NCBI GenBank assembly: GCA_030265395.1
Contig: JARFYF010000057.1
Coordinates: 4,273,616 to 4,337,615 of the forward strand
Source: Rhina ancylostomus
Lineage: Eukaryota
Direction of reading: 5' to 3'
Length of the DNA stretch: 64,000 nt
This document shows, in pieces, positions 34,281 through 47,860 of the stretch. Under the pieces are notes generated by a model. The model was not told the origin of the DNA. It searched no databases and saw nothing but the letters and a program-made list of their open reading frames with translations. Each line of letters starts with the position of its first letter. The first letter of the stretch is position 1. A program made the position numbers and the translations under genes.

Positions 34281-36239
34281 TATTAGGAGAAAATGAGGAA
34301 AACTGGAACAGGTCATGGCCCCAGAAACAGGTGCAGCATGAGGATGACATCCAAAGAACCACAACTGCCCCCTGAAATTGCTCCCCTCATTCACCTGGAC
34401 TTTCCAGGTGAAGTTCCTCCAGAGTTTCTCACTTGCCCACCATTGCACACCTGGAGAAGTTCTACAGGTAACTCACTTGGGTTTATGTTATGACAAAAGG
34501 GCTGTTTAAACATTTTTCCAATGCAGAATTCTCACAGGGAACAGCAATGGGGCAAGAAGTGGGAAAGTGGGTAAAATGGATAACATGGCAGGCCAGATCG
34601 ATCTCGCATTGGCCGTGACTACCTGCTGATAGGGAGGGTTTAAACAGGTTCTCACAGCCAAATAAAGTGGGATCACTAGCCCACTACAGATGTAAGTTCA
34701 GAATTCAAGCTTCTCTGCACTACTGACAGTCTGCCAAAAGATTTTAACCTTTCAGCTCCTAAATACAGAAGAAAGGATGCTCCACTAAGGATCTCTCCTC
34801 ACCAATAAACAAAGAATGGATCAAATAAGATGTGATTATTTTAAATCATTCCTGACAACTGTCCATGGTGCTTTTGCTTGCTATACATTGAGATGTAAAA
34901 TAATGAATTCATACAAGCCTGTGTTTCATCTATTAATGCAACATCCTTTATGCAAAACAGCAATAATTAATCTTAGCATTAGCAACCAAATCTGGCCTGA
35001 TTTCACAGAATTAGGTGTAAAATTCAGTTGTGCAACCTTATCTCCTATGGCTTTACTAACAGTGAACCACAGGAATGTAAACTGTACTGACTAAATTATA
35101 GTTAAAACCTCCATCAAAATAGCATAAGAACTGCATATGGATCCATTAACACTTTATAAACTCTTTTTTTCTTGGGATGAGGCAACACCAGTGACTTAGT
35201 TTATTGCCCAACCCGAGATGCACTGATAGCATTAGGACCCACCCTGTCTGAATTGAAGTTGCTGGATCAGGCCAGGTATTCATCCCTCCCACTCAAATCA
35301 CAATAGTTCAGCATGTAGAACTATTTGGGAAGTTATTTTTTTTATTCTACAATCCACCAATTAAAGATTTAAAAGTTAATTTGGAATTTGGACTCTCATC
35401 TCTGGGTTAGTTGTGACATAGCCACTGCGTTGTAAGTACTAATAACAGCCCAATTTTAATGCAAGCCTCTCAAATTAGAGAATTATGGATAAACAATAAA
35501 TTTATAGAGAAATCTGATCATTTACCAGTTTACCTATCTTTTTAAGTCAGGGCATGATACAAAAAAAATCCCTGTATTTAATCCTCACCAATAAGTGGAA
35601 AGGGTTTTTACACAGGTTGGGTCTTTAGACAACATTCATACCCTTCAAGGACATTTTTCCCACCTCCATTGAATTGGATTACATATACGCACACCTTTGT
35701 TTCTTTTAGAAATATTTGTGGTGCTCCTTAATGCATTTATTCTTCCTGTGAAATTCATTGCTGATCATTACCATGGTGTCAATGCTACTGGCTGTAAAGG
35801 TGCTGAATTATCACTCAGTATCTCAGTTTTTGATAGGGTTAGCTATTATCAATGTAGCTTTCTTCAGTGCTTGTCCAATTGTTTCCTGTCATACAAAGGG
35901 AGTAACCCTTTGATGGCTGGGATTGGCATCTTGCCATTTTTAAGATGCAGTTTGAATAGCAATAACCACAGAGCGAGCCACCTCCCATCTCAGCTGCTTC
36001 CTGTTTGTCTGAAATCTGATTTCAGTCCTTTGCCCCCACCCCATCCTTCCAAGTGATAAACAAAGACATTTCTATCTCACCTTTTGAGTCTCTGGAACAA
36101 AAAGTCCAGGATTTAAGGCAATAGCTCTTAAGCTTTTGAACTGTCACCCGACCCAAAGGAAATTGTTTTCCTCAACCAGGCACAGCCAGGACAAAGAAAT
36201 CGAGCCAGCTTAGCAAGAGTAGGGACGAGAGAGGATAGT

Positions 36240-36415
36240 AAAGTGCTGGAGATGTTGAGCAAAGTCGGGCAGGAGCAGAGGAGAGAGAAAAACAGATGAG
36301 CTTTAAAGGAAGGCAGATGGTTTTTAGCCCTGTCATTGACCCACAATGTTAACTCTTTCCCTCTGCGCAGATGCTGCCTGACTTGCTAAGTATTTCCACT
36401 GCAGTTTTTTGCTTT
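36240..36415. mobile_element. Inverted pair of Penelope-derived short repeats
   Basis: AAAGTGCTGGAGATGTTGAGC...GGGCAG versus TGTTAACTC...CAGATGCTGCCTGACTTGCTAAGTATTTCCA. Confidence 0.7.
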
Positions 36416-36804
36416 GTACAGGGATGAATGAATTGTGCAAAATTGTGAATAGTTCAATGACGACTGTGGAAGAAAAACATTTATGTCCTAATATCTTAAA
36501 ATGTCTTACAGATTAATGGAACCTTGAAGCACACAGTGTTATGGAAGTAATTGTGCACTCATCAGTAGCATGGAAAAATCTCAGACAACAGCAAACTGAT
36601 CGGTCAATTAGTTGGTCTGAGGATGTGCGAGACCAGACAACTCATTAATCTGCTTCGAGGCACATGATTTCTGACATTTACTGGAAGCAGAAGACAGACT
36701 TTGATTTCATATTTACACACACCTACTATTAAGATGCATAATTAAATTGTACATCTAGTAATTTGCAGAACAGTTCTGCAAAAAACAATAAGTTTTCAGA
36801 CGAA

Positions 36805-37085
36805 TATAGAACATAGGACAGTACAGCACAGGACCTTCGGCCCATGATGCCTGTGCAGAGCATGATGCCAAATTAAACTAATCCCTTCTGCCTGCACATA
36901 ATCCATATCCCTCCATTCCCTGCATATTCAGATGTCTATCTAAAGGCCTCTTGAAGACCACTATCGAATCTGTTTCCACTACCACCCCAGCAGCGCGTTC
37001 CAGGCACCTATCACTCTAAAAAAACTTTCCCCGCACATTACCTTTAAACTTTCCCTCTCTTACCTTAAAGCTGTGCCTTCTAGGA
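36805..37085 (-). mobile_element. CR1 3' UTR fragment
   Basis: ATAGAACATAGGACAGTACAGCACAGG...CCTTCGGCCCA...CATATCCCTCCATTCCCTGCAT. Confidence 0.85.
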
Positions 37086-37329
37086 TACACCCAACTAAAT
37101 GTCCATCACAAGAGACTCGCACCCTTGCCTAATTTCATTTAGATGTAATACTCCTCCTGAGTACCACAGCATCAGGCTAAAATTACTACTGAATGAAGTA
37201 GCTTAAACAATGCAGTATATTTATCAAAGACGATAAATCAGAACTTAGAGATCCTACTCCGTAGTTTCAGCCAACACGATGAGCAGCGTTAATCAAATGC
37301 AAATAATGGGGAAGGTTGAGAGACAGAAT

Positions 37330-37720
37330 ATTCGGCCTCTGTGTTTTATTTGACCCCGAGCTGAAGCCCACATCCTCTCAAATCACCAAGGCCAGCAAGT
37401 TCCTCCTGCAAAACATTAACCAACTCATCCACTGCCATCCATGCCTTTAACCCATGTCCATATTTTTGCTGTTTCCATATGCGAGAACTGGAGTGCTGGT
37501 GCGTCTGGCTTGTTTCATTCTCTGTAAACTCAAATGCAATAAAAACTTTTCTGCCCTTATGCAAATCCACAGTGCATTCCATTCACCCCGCATTACCTGT
37601 GGCTTTCAAGTTCCAAAGGTCTGGAATTCCTTCCTTAACCTCTCTACAACTTCCATCACCTTTACACTGCATCTTAAAACCTACCTCTGGCCAAGCTTAA
37701 CCTCTGGCTTGGTATCAAGT
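37330..37720 (+). mobile_element. Old L2 3' fragment
   Basis: ATCCATGCCTTT (IHAF) and GGTCTGGAATTCCTTCCTTAACCTCTC...CTTAAAACCTACCTCT. Confidence 0.55.
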
Positions 37721-39705
37721 ATGTTCAACAGACGTCAATCTCCACTATCAGTGAACTGATGGATCAAGTGTAATCTTTAGATGAAGTGGTATTAGAGAAT
37801 GGAAGTAATTAGGTCAGGACAGGCCGATGTTATTTAGTCACCAGTTCAAACAATTACATTCCATTCTTATTCTCACGTTTCATTACAAATTCCTGCCCAA
37901 ATTCACCTCTCAACCACAACTCCTCTTAGGGCTGATTTGGCATGTGAACAAATAANNNNNNNNNNAGCCATACAGAAACATACAAATGAGGAGCAGCAGC
38001 AGACCACTCTGCCCCTCCACTCTGCTCCACCAATTAATACCCTGGCTGGTCTGATTGTTACCTCACATCTGTAACATTTCACCCCTTTATCAAGTAATCT
38101 ATTTACACTTTAAAAGTCAATCTTCTTTCAAAAAAAAGTCACCCAAAAGGTCCAGCAGAAGACTCCATTGACATGCTGAAGTGGTTGCCAAAGGCATTTG
38201 GCAAATTATTCCATCCTATTCATTAGCGTCTCAAATAATTGGCATCATAACAGCAACAATAAGCAATGCAGCAACTTACACCAGGATAGATGTGGTTATT
38301 TTACATGGTGTTCAAATAGAGAAGCTTGCACCTACATTGCTCCTTTCATGGTTTCATCAATTCATTTCTAAGTGCATTACTGTTAATGAAGATTGCTTAA
38401 TTGCTCTAACGTGGGGAATACTTGTCCAAAGCAAGCTTACACAATGTGTTGACCAGAATGGTCTATTCTGGTCTAAGACCAGAGCTCTGGGGAACAGTCC
38501 AACAGAATCTTTACACTCAAACCGAGACAGAGAGAACCTCCTTTAACAAGTCAGGTGAAAAAATGCAACATGGTCTCAGTATTGGCTTANNNNNNNNNNN
38601 NNNNNNNNNNNNNNNNNNNNNNNNNNNNNNNNNNNNNNNNNNNNNNNNNNNNNNNNNNNNNNNNNNNNNNNNNNNNNNNNNNNNNNNNNNNNNNNNNNNN
38701 NNNNNNNNNNNNNNNNNNNNNNNNNNNNNNNNNNNNNTGCTTAAAGTACAGATCTGCATGGTAATAGTGTTGGAAAAGCCTGGAGATAGTTCAATAAGAT
38801 TTTGTCAGGCAAATCCCTGAGCTCCTCTAGTTCTCAGAGATGGTTCAGAATGTCTTTGTCACCCTGGATGATTTGAAACTAAATATGTTTTGACTGCAGA
38901 GAGGAGAAAGCTCTGGGCTAGAAATTCTTAGGTGTAGACCAAGTGCTTTGAACACCACACTGCTAAATTCCATCCAAGGCCTAATTTATAAAGGAGGTCA
39001 GGTCTTTTAAACATAGGCAGTGCTTGGCCATAAATTTGATTTTGCTTCTCTCTGAATGTGCTCAGCCTTTGCCACAGAGGCCACTGCCATGGGCTGCAGG
39101 GCACATCCTGACCATGCACTAAATTTGTCAATGTCTTGGAGGCTCAGTCCAGTGAGCACTGCAGACCATTTACACCAAAGCAAGCCTCAGCTGAAGCAAT
39201 AATTCCCGATTTGGCTTTAGAAGGGACCTGTTCCTCTGCCTTGAGCCACAGGCTTCTAATGACTTTCGGGGAAGGTCCTCCTTGATGTTCCTGGTTTCCA
39301 CTCCAACGCCCTCCATATCTCACATTGTCTTTCGCTGATCTGGTCCAAAGCTTCCCCCCGCACCCCACTGTTTGACCTCCTCCTCCCTCACTTGGGTGCT
39401 TCATTGTCTGATGCTCTCCAGCTCTCGCGCCCTGCCTGGTGCCCACATGCCTCTTCTGCTGTGCCAGCTTGATTTATTCAGTTGCACTGTGACTTAAGAC
39501 ACAAGTTAGAGGTTTCACAATTAATTCCAGGGCATGGGCACAATCTGGACTGCCATGCCAGTAAATAATAAAAGTTAAACCAAGGTCCCACTTTATGGGA
39601 CCTTATGTTCAAAATGGCTGCCAGATTATTTTACAATCCAGGCTAATGGCAGTTAATGGGGCTCAAAGCCTGTTGGTTAAAGGCAGACATGGTGTTGTAC
39701 AAATT

Positions 39706-40120
39706 CAATAGACAATAGGAGCAGAAGTAGACCATTCAGCCCTTTGAGTCTGCACTGCCATTTTGAGATCATGGCTGATCCTCAACAATCAGTATCCTGT
39801 TCCTGCCTTGTCCCCATATCCCTTGATTCCCCTATCTATAAGAAACCTATCTAGCTCCTTCTTGAAAGTNNNNNNNNNNNNNNNNNNNNNNNNNNNNNNN
39901 NNNNNNNNNNNNNNNNNNNNNNNNNNNNNNNNNNNNNNNNNNNNNNNNNNNNNNNNNNNNNNNNNNNNNCCCTCTCAATCTTCTCAATTCCAGCGTGTAC
40001 AATCCCAGTCTCTCCAACCTCTCAGCATAAGACAGTCCCGACATCCTCGGAATTAACCTCGAAAACCTATGCTGCACGCCCTCTATAGCCAGGATATCCT
40101 TCCTTAACCCTGGAGACCAT
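39706..40120 (-). mobile_element. CR1 3' end, spanning an N gap
   Basis: WSPGLRKDILAIEGVQHRFSRLIPRMSGLSYAERLERLGLYTLELRRLRG. Confidence 0.92.
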
Positions 40121-40515
40121 CTGGAACATATTTCAAACCCATCCCTTCCCCAATGAATGTGTCCAATGTTTTGCTGGATCATGTTATATTTTGATAAATG
40201 ACAATGAATGAAATGCTGGGGCAGAATGATTTGATTTAGGCTGAGTGACAGCTTTCAACTATAGCTGTACAAACAAGATCACTTCAGTGGAGCCTTGCTG
40301 CAAAACAGATATAAGGACAGTTCGGGTAAGAAGTGTAGTTAACCATTTGGCTCCTGTTTTCTCCCCCACACTGTGCCCAGATAGAAGGGGCACAGGGTCC
40401 TGACGTGTGCAGGGTTTGCAAGTGCCTGTACTCAGCTTTGATTCATGCTGAGAGTTCCAAATCCAGTTGGCAACATCCTCAGCAACTTCTGCCAGTCAGT
40501 GACATTTGCAGCATC

Positions 40516-40596
40516 GTAGCCTGCCAATAACTTTAGAGACAAGGATACCATCATTGCATGATAGCATCCTTGTTTCTAAAGTTATTTCCAGGCTAC
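40516..40596. repeat. Near-perfect palindrome / hairpin (81 nt)
   Basis: GTAGCCTGCCAATAACTTTAGAGACAAGGAT pairs with ATCCTTGTTTCTAAAGTTATTTCCAGGCTAC (28 of 31 Watson-Crick); an inner ATCAT/ATGAT stem leaves a small loop. Confidence 0.95.
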
Positions 40597-41189
40597 AATG
40601 GCGTTGCACCTTTCCAGAAATTGATACCGTTGAACAACTGCCCCAATCAACGCAACTGCCACAGAAGGTGACAAAATGTACACTGCTTAGTGTGATAGCA
40701 AGTGTAAGTATCACATGGCCTTTCAGTTTTGGAGACCTGGAACTAAAGAGTTGGCATCACAAAACAGACAGTAAGATCTAAGGAGAACAGTCTTCCATCA
40801 AGTAGATACGCAAACTACTTTATCCTAGCAACCTCACCCCTGCATAAAATGGCTGTAAAAATGACCCAGCACGTAAATCTGGTACCTGGGGTGCCGGTGG
40901 GAATTTNNNNNNNNNNNNNNNNNNNNNNNNNNNNNNNNNNNNNNNNNNNNNNNNAGATGCATCTTATAGAGCCATGACCGCAGCTTCCTAGGTGAACCTT
41001 CAACCTAGTCAGATGATACAAAATTTTAAAATTCGATGGCTGAAGTGGAACTTCAAACAGATTCATATTATACATGGTCTTAAATGGGTGAAGAGAGTTT
41101 TTGGGAGAGGGGTGTCTGACCTATTTTCACTTACACTTGTCCTCAAATTGAATTCCAGCTCTACCTTTTGAAGTATCTACTGTGTGTAT

Positions 41190-41540
41190 AAAAACGGAAA
41201 GTGCCGGAAACCCTCAACACACCAGACAGCATTGGTGGAAAGAGAAACAGTTAATGGTTCAGGTGTGAGGCTCAGATTTCCAGCAGAGAAGATAGATTTA
41301 AGTTGCAGGGAGTGTGATGGATAGGACAAAAGGCAAGGTATCCAGAGATATCCTCCGTATCCCATTCAGATCTTCCCCACTCTTTGTAACTTGCAACTCA
41401 TTTTCAGTCTTCCCCAGTTCTGACAAAGAGTCTTCAACCTGAAACTTTGACTGTTTCTCTTTCTGTAGATGCTGCCTGATATGCTGAATGATACCAACAT
41501 TTTCAATATTTAAGATTTCCAGAGTCTGCAGTTTTTTGAT
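41190..41540. mobile_element. Penelope-derived repeats in inverted arrangement
   Basis: Minus copy at 41190-41270; plus copy CAGTTCTGACAAAGAGTCTTCAACCTGAAAC...GATGCTGCCTGA at 41415-41540. Confidence 0.75.
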
Positions 41541-42137
41541 TTTGATATTGTGTGTTTGAACCATCATTATTGCACTGGAGAATGAGCCTAGATAACATGG
41601 TCAACCCCTGTGATTTACTTAAAATGCTGGTTCTTTTTGTGGATGGGACACTGAAAACAATATTGGCAGTAAGCCACAGGGAGCTAAATGCCCATGTTCA
41701 ACAGAGCTCCTTAAAGGATTGCTGGTGTCCCTGCTCAACTACAACTGGTTTAAGTAGTCACAGCCCAGGGAAAGGAAGATAAGCAAGCTTGCCCTCATTG
41801 TGATTTTATAAGCTTTATGAATGGAAGTCACATTATGGTGAGAAACTCAAAGCTCACAAAATCACAATAAAGGTGTTTTTTTTGTCGCCCAATTGAATGC
41901 AAATGGGAAATTGACTGCTAAATGTCACTGGCGCTTCCAGCATGATAGCAAGCAATGCAAAATGGCATCACTGAGCTTCCCAACCACATGGGTCTACACA
42001 CTTGAAGTCACTGGGCACCTCACAATGACATTAACTGTCATCCAACATGAATTTGATGTTGCTGGAGCTTCAGAAGTAGCATGGTCCTCAGCAGGAAAGC
42101 AGGATGAAGGGATCCTTGAGTGTGAGCTACTCCTTAC

Positions 42138-42452
42138 CTGATGGTTTGGGAGTGTGCTATTGAAGAAAACCATGGAACCTTCTGATGCACCGAAGACTGC
42201 AGGTCAGGCCTGTTTGGACACGAGTTGGAGGAGGAGATCCAATTGCAGTCCACCTCTGCTGCCATTATGTAGGTCTGTAGATGTGCTTGCATCTGTGTTG
42301 TCACTCCAAGTGTTGGGCCATCCCAGCTGGTTCCAGTTACAGGAGGAGTCATTCCCCTAGATGGCTGCTGTTTTAGGGAATCCTGCCAGGGCAAGGGATC
42401 CCAGAGCAACTCCTGAAACTGTGCCGCTGATGTGTGTACCTGCGCTGACGAT
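42138..42452 (-). other. Putative 315-nt exon using an acceptor supplied by a Penelope-derived repeat
   Basis: CACTTTGTTTTTTGTCTCAG| acceptor and CAG|GTAAGG donor; one frame is open throughout. Confidence 0.3.
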
Positions 42453-42454
42453 CT

Positions 42455-42560
42455 GAGACAAAAAACAAAGTGCTGGAGATACCCTGCATATCAGGCAGCA
42501 CCTGTGGGGACAGAAACAGAGTTAACGTTTCAGGATAAAGAATCTTAATTGGAACTAGGG
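42455..42560 (-). mobile_element. Penelope-derived short repeat
   Basis: Minus strand GAAACGTTAACTCTG...ACAGGTGCTGCCTGA...CTCCAGCACTTTG. Confidence 0.8.
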
Positions 42561-43949
42561 AATGTTAGAAATCAAAAAAATGTTCAAAAGAGGTCTGTGC
42601 ACCACTTCATTCCTTACTGCAGTGGTTTGATAAGCTGATGGCTTGCTGGGACATTTCACATGTCAGTGACCATCAACTTTGTCTGCAGGTTCAGAACCAT
42701 TAAGGCAGAGTTGGCAAGCTCTGCAGATTTCTTTCCCTAGTGATCCAGGTACGTCCTCTGATGAGCCGGTCATTTCTCGATCACCACGTCAATAGAGGCA
42801 TTTAAGAATCGACTGAATTTAAAGCCCACACCTGCTGTGATTCCATTTACACAAGTGTGCAGAGCAGCTGCCCAGGACTCTGGATAATCAGTGTGACACC
42901 ACAACCACAGCATCATTCACATGGCAAAACTGGAAAATGGGGACAAATAGATTTCACCAAGATCCATTTGTAGAAATCAAGAAAAATTATAAGAATTTAT
43001 TTACCCTGAGCAAGTTATTTAATACATGTGCTGCTGGATAATGTGCAAGATGTCGTGATGCATTGCGACTCATTACAAGGAGTCTCTACCTGATGCCTAT
43101 TGTTTCATCCATTTCTGAATACATAGGACAGCTGCTCTCACAGCACAAAAGCCACGCAGCCTTTCAATATCACAGCTGAAAGGTGAAAACAGCATAACAG
43201 CATTCACTTGAACAGCATCAGCCTGAAGATAGGGAAAGATTAACACTTCAAGTGCTGGCTCATAGTTGAAATAGGATCCATGCAAGGAAACAAGCAAAAT
43301 CAAAAGAGTATAACTGGCTGATGCACATACCTCTACTTCCCAAACAAGCATTAACCAGGGGACCGTCCAGTACCTCAAACTACCATTCTATTGGCTTATC
43401 AAATTAGCCCACCTTGGTTCCAAAATCTCAGTGCATTTAATCTTTCAACTGCAGCCCAGAACAGCTCGAATTGCACCTCTACCTGCAGCCCTGATTCAGA
43501 GATAACCAGATTTCTATTTTGTCCAGAAAAAGACAATTTCTAATTTGTTACATAAATGGTGCAGCAGTAATTTTAAAAGTTGCATCTATAAGAACCTTAG
43601 TTTTGTAAAAACAAGTTGGCCCATAGGTACATTATAAAATTCAATGCAGACACACNNNNNNNNNNNNNNNNNNNNNNNNNNNNNNNNNNNNNNNNNNNNN
43701 NNNNNNNNNNNNNNNNNNNNNNNNNNNNNNNNNNNNNNNNNNNNNNNNNNNNNNNCTTCTTTTTAAATCTTCACTTAGTTTAGTTGAAAGATCTTTGAGT
43801 CTTTGTCTCCCTGCACAGATTCTGCCTGATCTGCTGAGTATTTCCAGTGCCTCTTGTGTGTATTGTTACTGGGGATAGCTTCCCTGGGATCCTTTGGAAC
43901 CAATAGAGTAGGAAGGCAGGAGCCAAATTTATATTTTCTCCCAAAAATG

Positions 43950-44275
43950 GCATCTTCAACACCTTTCCTATTTGGGGGGAAATCTAGAACTGGAGACAGA
44001 ATCAAGATAAGAATCTGGTATTTAAGACTGAGATGAGGAGGAATATCAGAGGATATTCTCTTGATATTCCATTGATAACAGAATTCTTTGGAATTCTGTT
44101 CCAGAGAGCTGTAAGTACAGAGTTGTTGAACATAACTAATGTCAAGGTTACTTTCACTATGGTCCAAAGACCTGAGGTTACATGGATCAAACAGACAGCA
44201 GGTGTTGAGCCATAAAGTCAGATTAGCTGATTTTGAGTGGTAGCTTGAGGGGCTGTTTTGGTCCACTCGTCATTT
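43950..44275 (+). mobile_element. CR1 3' fragment
   Basis: FLFGGKSRTGDRIKIRIWYLRL; TGGAATTCTGTTCCAGAGAGCTGT; CR1 3' UTR. Confidence 0.7.
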
Positions 44276-47200
44276 ATTTCTGAGTCACAATGGAAAATGG
44301 AGCCAAGATGAAAATACTTGGCCCGATAGGGATCCAACACCCTCGAGCACCAGCTGCATACAACCGCTTCACATGGTATTCCTAACCCCTCCCCAAAATG
44401 TCATCTGAAGGCCTTAAGACAGACCAGAACAAGACATCAGCTCAGCATGGAACAACATAACATGAACACCAATTTGGCCTGAGTTCCATTTTGACTAAAT
44501 CTCCTTTTACCTTAAGTTTGGGGACATAATGCAAACATTATTCAGCCTTGTATTCATAATAAGAAAACGAGAATAGAAGAGAAAACCACATTAGTGGAAA
44601 TCTGGAATTACTCAGAAGATAAGGGAAGAAAATAACCAACTAAAAGTGAAAGGCAGCTTTAAACATTCTCAGGCATTAAATTCTTCTCTTTACTGGGCCC
44701 TAAACTGAAGGGATTATGAACAGTTTGTTCCACGCAATTACCCTAGGGGAGATTTGAATACAAATAAGACACGAATGATCTCCCCCAGTTCTAGTTTCTT
44801 ACCTCCATCTGGTAGGAGGCTGCATTAGGGCAAAGCAAGAATGAACCTATAATTATAAAGCACCCATCATAATATTTAGTTCTTAAAAAGGTACTTTACA
44901 ACCAATGAATTATGAGACTTGGTAACACAGCAAGGTGTTTTAAATAGTGGTGAAATATGTGTTTCAGATGCTGATCGAGTGCACAATTTTCTTGCTTCTT
45001 TGAAAGAGTGGCACAGATTTTTAGGTCCATATGACATGGGTTTAGCATTATCTGAAAGGTGGCATGCTTGAATTATGCTCAAGCCTTTAGATGTAATTCG
45101 ATGCCCTAAATGGGTACACCTTGAGCACCAATCAGCACTTGAATTCTCATTAGTCTCAATTTTAGGAGCTTCACTTCNNNNNNNNNNNNNNNNNNNNNNN
45201 NNNNNNNNNNNNNNNNNNNNNNNNNNNNNNNNNNNNNNNNNNNNNNNNNNNNNNNNNNNNNNNNNNNNNNNNNNNNNNNNNNNNNNNNNNNNNNNNNNNN
45301 NNNNNNTAATCAACTACACCAATGTGCCAAGGCTTGGTGGACAGAATCCTCAAACCCATGGCCTCCCCTTCTGAATAGTGGAAGGGCATTTGGTGCAAGG
45401 GAACAGAATCAAAGACACACCGTACTCTGGCTTGGTCTATTCCTTCAGTACTGCTGGGTCAAAGCCCTCACCTCCCCATCCAATAGCTTTCAACTGGACT
45501 GGTTGAAGAAGATGATATCTTGAGGGGGAAAATCAGGCACAGACTTGGCCAGTAACACTAAAATGCAAAGAATGAATAAGAAACATTAAATTTTGTTGGA
45601 GAATGAAAAATCAGAGAAAATCTTGTTTGGTGCCTAACGTGTTGACCTTTAACAGAATCAACCTGCTGAAAGGCAGTGGTTTTGAACAAACAATAATTCA
45701 AGAAAAAAGCAGTCGCCTCAGGTCAAATATCAATGTTTGTCTGAAGAGCACCACGTGCAGCATTGATTGACCATGTGCTGATCCTCTGGGGAAGCTCTTT
45801 GAGGTGGGTGCAGTGTTAGATCTTTTAATGCAAGATAATCCTATCACAGCCATGAATTTATCAACAGGTCAGAGTGCAGAAGGCAGGCTGTTAAACCACC
45901 CAATATTTAACCCTTTTGGTGCTAAATATTCCCAGCTCAATAAAATAACGGCCTCATTTCAAGGCAGTGCTCCTAACCATCTAATACATATTTCTCTTCC
46001 TCCCACTCTACACATTTCTGCAAGGAAATAAAACGCACAAAAGTACTATGAGAAAAAATGCAAACATTTCTTGTAGTGGAATTTCTAGTTTCATGTTTTA
46101 CAGCAAGTTCCTGAAGTTTCCTTCAAAAGTGTTTTATCGCCAGATCAAAAACTGAGGACTCAAAGTTACACTTGCTTTCAAGTTTTAGTCTTGCTCCACC
46201 ACCATCCCCACATCCTACTGTCTCCTTTCACCTCCAGATTTAGAAACCCCTTCAGGACATATTCGACTTATCCTTTGATATCCCACAAGTGGCTACTCTT
46301 CATCTGTAGCTCAGACACGTAGTGCCGACAGCCCATTCAATCACGAACAGCATGACAATTATTCCTGATCCAATTGGCATCCAGTGGACAAATGTACATT
46401 TTCTAGTGGGAGTCATTAGACAAAGCACGAATGGGAACACTGGAGCAACTTCCTCTGACCAGCCCCAACTGCAAAAATCAACTCCTACCTGGCTGTGATC
46501 AGTTGACCCAACATTCTGGGATTGTAACAAAGATCCATCACAAACTTTAGTGAACCCCTGGGTCTGATCTGCCTCTGCAGTGAGCAGAGTGCTTCCCCAG
46601 AATGCTAGACAGTGAATAGACATGGAAATTACTTGAAGTGACAACAGTCAGAATGTGTTCCGCAGTGTTGATACATAATTGCCTAGAATTCTAGCATTCT
46701 GCCAGTGTTAACTATTACTGGGATACAGTTTGCATTGATGATTACACTTTAGTAACTTCAGAAGTGCCTGTTCTTCATGAGAGTCCTGTGTGTTAGACCA
46801 TTCCATTCAGGAGAATAGTTCGGCTGAGGCTGACACCACGTGCAATGCCTGTACAACAACCTCCCAGCAGGAGCTGCAAGATAGTGGTGAGCACAAAGTT
46901 AAGCTTTCAGTCCCCTAACCTAGAAATATTTTGATGTTGCACCTCAATCACGTGGCCTGAAATCCTCTTAACTCTGCACCAAGTTGGGATGATTCATTTA
47001 TTATATATAAACTGAGCCAACATGCGAGCCAAGGGGGTTGTAAATAACCTGAGCCATTAGCACCATTTATAATCCATCTCAAAAATCCATTAGTTCTCTC
47101 CTGCTAGGGAGTAAACCCACTCTAGTACTGAGATGTCTTGAAATGTCTGAGAGGTGTTCACTTTAAGCTTTTAGGATGATCTTAGACAGTTCTCTGGCCA

Positions 47201-47579
47201 ACAAATTACACTGTAATGTACTCAAATTGGTATGTTTTAAAACCACTTTGCCACATGACTTTTACTGTGCTGGCCGATTTGGATGGGTGGGATGTTACTG
47301 GGTGGCCAGATTTGAACTACTAAAATTATACAGGAGCAATGTGAGATACATAGTGAAATATGTATCTCACTAAGATACATATTTAGTGAGAGCAGCTTGT
47401 GTTTTAAGGTATTCATTTATGCGCAAACTATGAAGGATGTGCAAAAAGGCAAAGATTTGCTCCAAAACAATTTAAACCCCATGTTGTGTATGAAGCATTT
47501 TTAAGCAAGAGATTCTGAGTATTCCTTAAAGCATCTTTGTATTTTTTGGGCATGATGTATAGGGGTTAGTTTGTTTTAC

Positions 47580-47860
47580 TCACAGACATGGACATTACTG
47601 TCAAGGCCAACATTTACTGCCCATCGCCAGTGATCCAGGAAGGTGATGGTGAATTGCCTTCCTGGACCACTGCTGTTGATGTAGTATAAGTACCTATACA
47701 TTGCTATTGATTGAGGCATAATCCCAGAACAGCAAGCAATAACGAAGGAAACAAAATACATCTCCAAGACAAAATCCGGGGAGACTTGAGGGAAACTTGG
47801 AGATGATGACACTCCCATGGCCTTCCAAGTTGTAGAGATCAGGGATTGGGTTGGATATGG
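47580..47860 (-). mobile_element. 3' end of the AFDRVWH-type LINE
   Basis: GTCAAGGCCAACATTTACTGCCCATC...GAAGGTGATGGTGAATTGCCTTC is the reverse of the tails at ~9.0 and ~56.3 kb. Confidence 0.65.

Noticed and set aside
34390-34412. 10-bp perfect hairpin TTCACCTGGA/TCCAGGTGAA (and a 9-bp one at 39582-39604)
   Set aside because: Short enough to be chance or a degraded MITE; no supporting context.
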